From the human T2T-CHM13v2.0 reference genome, Homo sapiens: a DNA stretch of 64,000 nt. The stretch lies in assembly GCF_009914755.1 (NCBI RefSeq), contig NC_060930.1. The stretch is one strand, 5' to 3'. The translations under genes and the position numbers were made by a program. This document shows, in pieces, positions 57,290 to 64,000 of this stretch; the first letter of the stretch is position 1; every line of letters begins with the position of its first letter. The notes under the pieces were generated by a model, which searched no databases, was not told where the DNA came from, and was given only the letters and a program-made list of their open reading frames with translations.

Positions 57290-58080
57290 ATTCTTTCCTC
57301 AGTTTTGCTGTAGATAACATTGTGAGAGCTGTCAGATAAAGTGAGTATGAGATAAATCCACATATCCTTCATTTCTAAAAGTTCTATCTGGTTTTCTTTC
57401 CAAACTGTAGGTGATGCTTAATAGTCACTCCTTACTTTTAAAAAAAATCCACTTTTATTTTCTTCAAATCCATTAATCCAACTTATGTTACATTCAGCAT
57501 TTTATAATTGCACTATCTGAAATCTTTGTGTATCTAGTTCTGTTGACTGTTATTTCTGTTGTCTCTTTCTTATAGTGGGTTTTAACTCTTGAATGTTTTA
57601 CTACAATTTTTTTTCTATTGGAGTTTAAATCCATTGGAACACTCCATAGGAAGACTGGGTCGAAGTATTATTTGTCCAGAAAGGAGTTGCACTTGCCACT
57701 GGCAGTCATCTGCAAAAACTGGAGGCCTCAGTCCACATTATATAAATTTATCTGTAAAGTTCTTTACGTATTCAAGAAGCATAATTTCTGTTCCTACTAG
57801 AGACACTATGTATGGTATAGCTTAGTTTCAAAAGTTTTTAGAGAGGCTGGTATTTTATTTTCCCCCTCAATTTAGAGCCAAGGCAAGCTAGAATCTTAGT
57901 TATCTGCACTGATAGGTAATCTTTGTTTTCCTTTTAATTCATTTAATACAAAATTCCTCCTCCTTAACTCCCAGATTCATGCAGAATGGTCTCCATGGTG
58001 ACTTTACATCAGAATCAAGTCTTGCTCACCTCCATTGTCTCCTTGGCCCCAGATTTTTCTCACCCTTTTGGAGACCAGTG
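57290..58080 (-). mobile_element. Ancient L1ME/HAL1-like fragment
   Basis: ctatctgaaatctttgtgtatctagttctgttgactgttatttctg resembles antisense old L1 ORF1/5' sequence. Confidence 0.4.
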
Positions 58081-58189
58081 TATTCATTTGAAAGGGCTAT
58101 AGGTTATTCGAGATCATAAATTAAACTATTTTCTTAAAATCATATATTTAATTAGAACCGAGATAAAATTCAAACCTAGAACAGAGTAA

Positions 58190-58505
58190 CCAGAGTGCTC
58201 AGATATTTCAAATCTGAGTTTGAATTTTATCTCTGCTGTTTTTTCAATAGATGGCCTTCAGCAAAGCATTTAATGTCTGCAGTCTCAGTGTGCTCCTCTA
58301 TGTTTATTAAATATTAAATATCATTTGTATAATATATTTAATAATATTTTAAAAGTTGCATAATTTATGTGATAGTAATTATCATATTGATAAATTATGT
58401 AATAATTTACATGTAAATAATATTATTAAAATATTAACTCCAGGTTATAGAAAGCATTTAGCAAAATAAAATATATGAAAATGCCTAGCCCAGTGCATAG
58501 AAAAT
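58190..58505 (+). mobile_element. MIR interrupted by an AT-rich palindromic tract
   Basis: ctgagtttgaatt...gtctcagtgtgctcctct [AT tract] ...atatgaaaatgcctagcccagtgc. Confidence 0.6.
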
Positions 58506-59729
58506 AAACAGAACAAAAACAGAAGTTAATGTTAGAGAAAAATAGCAAGTGTTACACATATAGCACAAATTTTGGTTATAGAAAACTAGGAATGTTTTAC
58601 TAGTATCTAGTAAACTTTATAATAGTAATAGAGCTTTAAATAGTAAAAACCAACTGACAGTCAAGAACATTAAATTTTCTTTCTCAGTCTACTTCTGTTT
58701 CTTTAATAAGACAGAATCAAAAGGATTTTGAACTTTGAAGTGCATTTCTAATTCAAAAGCATCTAAAAGATTTTCTGACAATTGTTAAAACATGAAAATG
58801 TAATGAGGCCTCAGTATATCTTCTGCAAAACCTTCCTCTACATACCCATTTTATTCAACCCGAAGGTTTTGAAGGCTTTATTTTGCATATTCTACTGCAA
58901 GTCTTTTTGACTTTTAAGTCCACATTCTCTTAAGCGAACTATATGAGCTCTGGGATAAATTTGCTGTTAAGTCATTCTTTGGTCTATCTAGTCCTGATCC
59001 ATGTGCCTCAATTTTATCTAATTTCCTTTCATTCTATTCTTACTGGAGATCAAGAGCGAATGACACCTGGTTTCCACTCCGAAAAGAGAAAAAAGGGAGA
59101 GAATACTTCATACATGTAAATACTGTTATTAAGTCACACATTCATTTTTCTTTACTGCTAAAACTTTCCAATTCTTCTACCTTTTATCAAATGGGCTATT
59201 TCCCAGTTGTTTCCTTTTCTTTTAGTGCTTTTGTATTTTCTCTAAGTTTTTTATACATCTCTGAAGTCAAATGCTACTTAAATTGCTTAATAAAATTTAA
59301 GTAATTGTATTAAGAAACGGGTCTAATGTTGTATAATATACTAACAGAGCGCTTTTAAAATAAGGGAGAGTTTTAGAGTGTAGCAAGACCAATATATTAT
59401 CTACATCTAATTTTATTATATATGCTGTTATATTCTTGGATATTTAATATTTTACTCATACAGAAAGAGAGTAAAACTAAAACAAAAAATCTGTATTCAA
59501 AATTATAAAAACAAGGTTAAGCTGGGAAAATGTTCTTAAAGAACAGAAATACACTTGAGGAAGTCAAATGGCTTAAAGCTGGGATGTTGAAAATACAGAT
59601 AGTAACTCTAAATTTGCCATTCAAGTTGAATAGAAAGCATTTCTTATGAAAATACATAAAAATGTATTTGGCTTTTCACAGGCGAGGTACAATACATATT
59701 CAGGATTTGTCATTTTATTTTATTTTTTA

Positions 59730-60058
59730 ACTGTGCTGCAACAGAGCCATGTGACTAAGTTCACATGATCCACTGTGGATCATGATTAGCAAAGACAAGC
59801 CCTGGCTATGTCACCTTTAGACAACGCAACGTAGAGATGGAGTCTGGAGCTGCCAACCTAAGCAAGATGGAAGTTATGCATTCAGGATGGCAAAGTGTGA
59901 AACTGAAAGAGCCTGGTTCCCCAACACCCTGGAAGGATCGTGTCAGTCATAAACTACTTACTTTGGGATGATCACATGGAAAAGGGGTACATCTCCATTT
60001 CCTTTAAGCCACTATGGGATCTTCATTGAGCAGTGAAATAGCCCTCTGAACAAATACA
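59730..60058 (+). mobile_element. MLT1 (J/K-like) MaLR LTR
   Basis: gccatgtgactaagttc...aggatggcaaag...aaagagcctggttccc...tttaagccact...aaataca. Confidence 0.65.
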
Positions 60059-60407
60059 CGGTGTAACAAAGTTACAAAACTACCTTTGTCTTTACATGTA
60101 AAAATATTTACTTTTAATGTTATTTTTGCTTTAAGAGTGACTTTGAACAGAGCTAGAATTAGTCAAGAAAGAACTAATAAGTACTAATTGCTTTGTGAAA
60201 CAGGCTACAAGGTTTTATGCTACACTTTAAATCTAGACTAATTTGAATAAAAGCATACAGAATTACTAAGTTTATTTTGTGCCTTGTAAACTAGGCAGAC
60301 AGTGTTCCAAAGATGAAACATATTGAAAAAAGATTTATTTAAAACTTCCACAAAATAAGTGAAACTGGAAAACAATTTCCAACAGCTTTAAAAAATAACA
60401 ATCTGGG

Positions 60408-60720
60408 GGCCGGGCATGGTGACTCGTACATGTAGTGCCAGCATTTTGGGAGGCCGAGGTGGGCAGATCACAAGGTCAAGAGTTTGAGACCAGCCTGGCT
60501 AACATAGTGAAACCCCATCTCTACTAAAAATACAAAAAAAAAAAAAAACAGTAGCTGGGCATGGTGGTGGGCACCTGTAATGCCAGCTACTTGTGAGGCT
60601 GAGGCAGGAGAATCACTTGAACCCAGGAGGTGGAGGTTGCAGTTGAGCCGAGATCGCACCACTGCATTCCAGCCTGGGTGACAGAGCAAGACTGTCTCAA
60701 AATAAATAAATAAATAAATA
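60408..60720 (+). mobile_element. AluS (Sg/Sc-like)
   Basis: Full dimer with (TAAA)n tail; TSD aaataacaatctg/aaataacgatctg. Confidence 0.95.
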
Positions 60721-61356
60721 ACGATCTGAAGTCTTGATGCAGCCTTTTTGTGAATAAACAGTCATAACTGCTTTACTAAAGAGGCAAAGAGATGCTGTCA
60801 ATTTGCTCTTCAAATGCACTTTTTGTTTATTTTATAATAAATGTGCTGCATCCTATTATGCCTTCATAACATTAAAAATTACTGCAAATCATTTATTCCA
60901 AGAAAATTGAAGGCCCTGAAACCACCTGTGACTATAGGTATTTATTTTATGGTGATTTTTCACTAGCTCTTTTTCAGTCATTTTCATGCCAAAGACAATT
61001 AACAGGATGTAGGCATTAATAGAGGCCATTATTACCAAACAAGTAATAATTAGACCACCAAAAAGAATGAAGTGATGCAGACAGGTTCTAGCCAACAAGC
61101 TGGCTGGCATAGCCAGATGAATGCAATCTGAGTCTACCTGGCTCAGCTGCAATCGTTCCTTACTCTGCTGAATCTCTCCTCTCCCCATTCTTTCCTTCTT
61201 CCCCTGAAACCTCCCCTCTCTGCACCCCCCCACACACATTCTCACACACATTAACCAAGTTTCAACTGTGTGCTAGCCTCAAGTTAAAAAGTACGCGTGT
61301 AAAATAAATAATCAGCCCTACTTGCAAAAATGTAAGATGTAATGATGGTAAAATAA

Positions 61357-61616
61357 TAAATTAGTGTATAATGAGTAGTGAGAACAACCAGAGGTCACTT
61401 TCTTCACCATCTTGGTTTTGGTGGATTTTGGTCAGCTTCTTTTACTGCATCCTTTTATCAGCAAGGTCTTTGTGGCCCATATCTTGTGCTGACCTCCTAT
61501 CCCATCCTGTGACTAAGAATGCCTAACCTCCTGGGAATGCAGCTCAGTAGGTCTCAGCCTTATTTTACCCAGTCCCTATTCAAGATGGAGTCACCCTGGT
61601 TCAAACACCTCTGATA
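61357..61616 (-). mobile_element. MER41B LTR, 5' (U3) part only
   Basis: cagtaggtctcagccttattttacccag...caagatggagtc...ggttcaaacacctctga. Confidence 0.85.
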
Positions 61617-61755
61617 TACTCCCATATTTTATGTGCGGTAACTAAGACACACAGAGGTAAAGGTAGATTGCCCAGTATCAAGCAGGTAGTCAGTGGAGAA
61701 GCCAGGATTTGAACTGAGTCAGGCTGGCCCAAAGCTTCCTCTATTAACCACTACT
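61617..61755 (-). mobile_element. MIR SINE
   Basis: cccatattttatgtgcggtaactaagacacacagagg...gccaggatttgaact. Confidence 0.75.
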
Positions 61756-62549
61756 GTGTCCCACCAACCATGAACCTTCACTTAGATCATGGACAGAACC
61801 TACTGCTCGTTTATTTTTTATTGTTTTCCTAGGATGTTGACCCTGAGTGCTGATGTTACACAACTCCAAATTGAGTGCTATAGTAAAATGAAACAAAAAC
61901 ACACACAGCTTTAAATGTTAATAAAGTAGCTAAGCAGTATTGCATATTTTTCTATACATTATTTTGTTGCTATAAAAAATGCAAAAGCAAAGCCTAGATA
62001 TGCCTTATATTGCATTAAACATCTGATACACAAGTTGTTACAACTCTGAACACTATAATTTGATATTTTTTTCTCTTCCTCATCTATCATGGATGACCAG
62101 TGTGCTTCAAGCTCAGCAAGAGTAGGTTAAGCCAAATATAAAAGCAACTGGCATGCTTGAAATTCATTCCCAATCTCACGTGTAGAGACCTGCATTTTTC
62201 TGCCGATGGCTGTGCCTGCATTTCTCTGTGTGCCTAGGATCAGACCTAGTCAGTGGATCTTCTCAGTTCATGTCCATTGCTTCATTTCACAGTTCTCTGT
62301 TATTTCCTCTTTCCTCACATGCTATCTTTTCTAATTCCTAAGGAGCCTCCAGAAAATGAGAAGTTAATCAATGAAATTTTAGAAGATATATTTGCGGCTT
62401 CATTTCCATCCCTTTTTAAATGGTTGATTCAGTAGTTAAAACACTCCAACTATAGAACATGTAGGAATATGGGATATTATGTGACATGCATCTCTTTTCA
62501 TGCATATTTGAGCTTTCAAGATATTTTTTAAAAGTACAATATCAAGATT

Positions 62550-62764
62550 GGATGCCAGTGTAAACTATGGACTCGGAGTGATAATGATGTTTTAATGTGG
62601 GTTCATTAATTAACAAAGGGGCCACTCCAGAGGGGGTTATTGATCATGGAGCAGGCTGTGCATGTGTGGGGGAAGCAGATATATGAGAAATCTCTGTATC
62701 TTCCTCTCAGTTTTGTTGTGTGCCTGAAACTATTTTTTAAAATAAAAGTCTATTTAAAAAAAAA
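62550..62764 (+). mobile_element. L1MC1/2-like 3' end
   Basis: gtgtaaactatggact...aaatctctgtatcttcctctcagtttt...aataaaagtctatttaaaaa. Confidence 0.85.
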
Positions 62765-62789
62765 GATGTAAAGGAAATACTTGGGGATT

Positions 62790-64000
62790 GTATAGAGAAC
62801 AAAAATAACCAGCTTTTTTCCTATGCTCACACTCAACACAGAACTCTTCTGTGACCAGATGTATGGGGGGGGGTGCACACTGACCAATTATCTGACGCCA
62901 GCTGGGTGTCAGATAATTAACTCAGTCTGATACTATCTATCTAGAGATAGTGTCAGATTCCACAGATGAAGGGCTCACTCCCACAAGACTGTCCCCATTT
63001 CAGGTGCCCGGGGCCAGCAGTATGTTCTCAAGCTACCCACAATTTCTGTCCAACCTGGCTACAAACTGGAAGTTCTCACAACCACTTTCATGTACTCAAA
63101 CTTGTTAGAATGGCTGACAGAACTCAGGGAAACACACTTTACATATGTTTATCCATTCATAAAAGCATATACTTCAGGAACAGAAAGAAGGAAGAGATAC
63201 ACAAGGCAAGGTATCAGGGAAGGGGTGCAGTTTCCATGCCTTTTCTAAATGTACCACCCTCCATGTGTTCCAAAACCCCAAAGATCTCTGAATCCAGTTT
63301 TCTGGGGTTATCATTACATAGGCATGATTGATTAAATCATTGGCCATAAGTGATCAACTCAACCTTCAGAGCCTCTCCCCTCCCTGCAGGTTGTGGAGTA
63401 GGGCTGAAAGTTCAAACGATTTAATCACATAGCTAGTTACCTTGGCAACCAGTCACCCAATCCTAAGGGGCTTTCCAAAAGTCATATCACTAACATAACT
63501 CAGGTGTGGTTAAAAGAGATTTCTTATTGTATTATCCATTTTCACGCTGCTATGAAGAAATACCCAAGACTGGGTAATTTACACAGAAAAAGAGGTTTAA
63601 TGGACTCACAGTCCCACATGGCTGGGGAGGCCTTAAAACCATGGTGGAATGTGAAGGAGGAGCAAAGGCACATCTTACATGCTATGCAGGAGAACTGCCC
63701 TTTATAAAACCATCAGATCTCGTGAGACTTATTCACTGTTACGAGAACAGCACAGGAAAACCTGCCCCTGTAACTCAATTACCTCGCACTGGGTCCCCTC
63801 CATGAAACATGGAGATTATGGGAGCTACAACTGAAGATGAGATTTGGGTGGGGACATAGTCAAACCATATCACTTATGAATAACAAAAGAGCTTTCTTTC
63901 AGCTTTATTGCTCTTATCACTTAGGAAATTCTAAGGGTTTTAGGAGCTCTGTGCCAGGAACAGATATGAAGACAAAATATATATTTTTTGTTATAAATCA
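62790..64000 (-). mobile_element. MER21 LTR (interrupted by THE1C; runs off the window end)
   Basis: ccagctgggtgtc, gagatagtgtcagattccacag, agggttttaggagctctgtgccaggaa. Confidence 0.85.
63528..63872 (-). mobile_element. THE1 (C-like) MaLR solo LTR
   Basis: tgtatt...gctgctatgaagaaataccc...caaaccatatca, with perfect 5-bp TSD CTTAT (63523-63527 / 63873-63877). Confidence 0.93.

Overview
This is AT-rich, CpG-poor primate (human-like) genomic DNA from an intergenic region or a very large intron. I could not identify any cellular protein-coding exon, tRNA, rRNA or CRISPR array. The recognisable ORFs are LINE-1 remnants or Alu and microsatellite artefacts. A large part of the window is transposon-derived: 13 Alu copies, a near-full-length decayed L1MA4-like element (46.7-53.1 kb), an old antisense L1M (18.5-23.8 kb), a young 5'-truncated L1PA, LTRs (MLT1, MSTA, THE1C, MER21, MER41B, MER76, LTR16 with ERVL internal sequence, LTR33), hAT DNA transposons (MER5, MER20, Charlie) and MIR/L2 fragments. 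All family and subfamily names come from recalled consensus sequences and should be confirmed with RepeatMasker/Dfam. I found no convincing new multi-gene system. The most notable observations are: (i) a head-to-head Alu/L1PA junction that appears to share one target-site duplication; (ii) a non-tandem ~180-bp local duplication of what looks like an intron 3' end, with the second copy bracketed by a 13-bp direct repeat; (iii) a CpG-retaining promoter-like domain at ~28-30 kb with a G-quadruplex, a splice donor and a perfect CRE, next to a nested inverted-Alu cluster; (iv) an octamer/E-box/ETS/NF-kB motif cluster at 9-10 kb; and (v) a tailless AluY.
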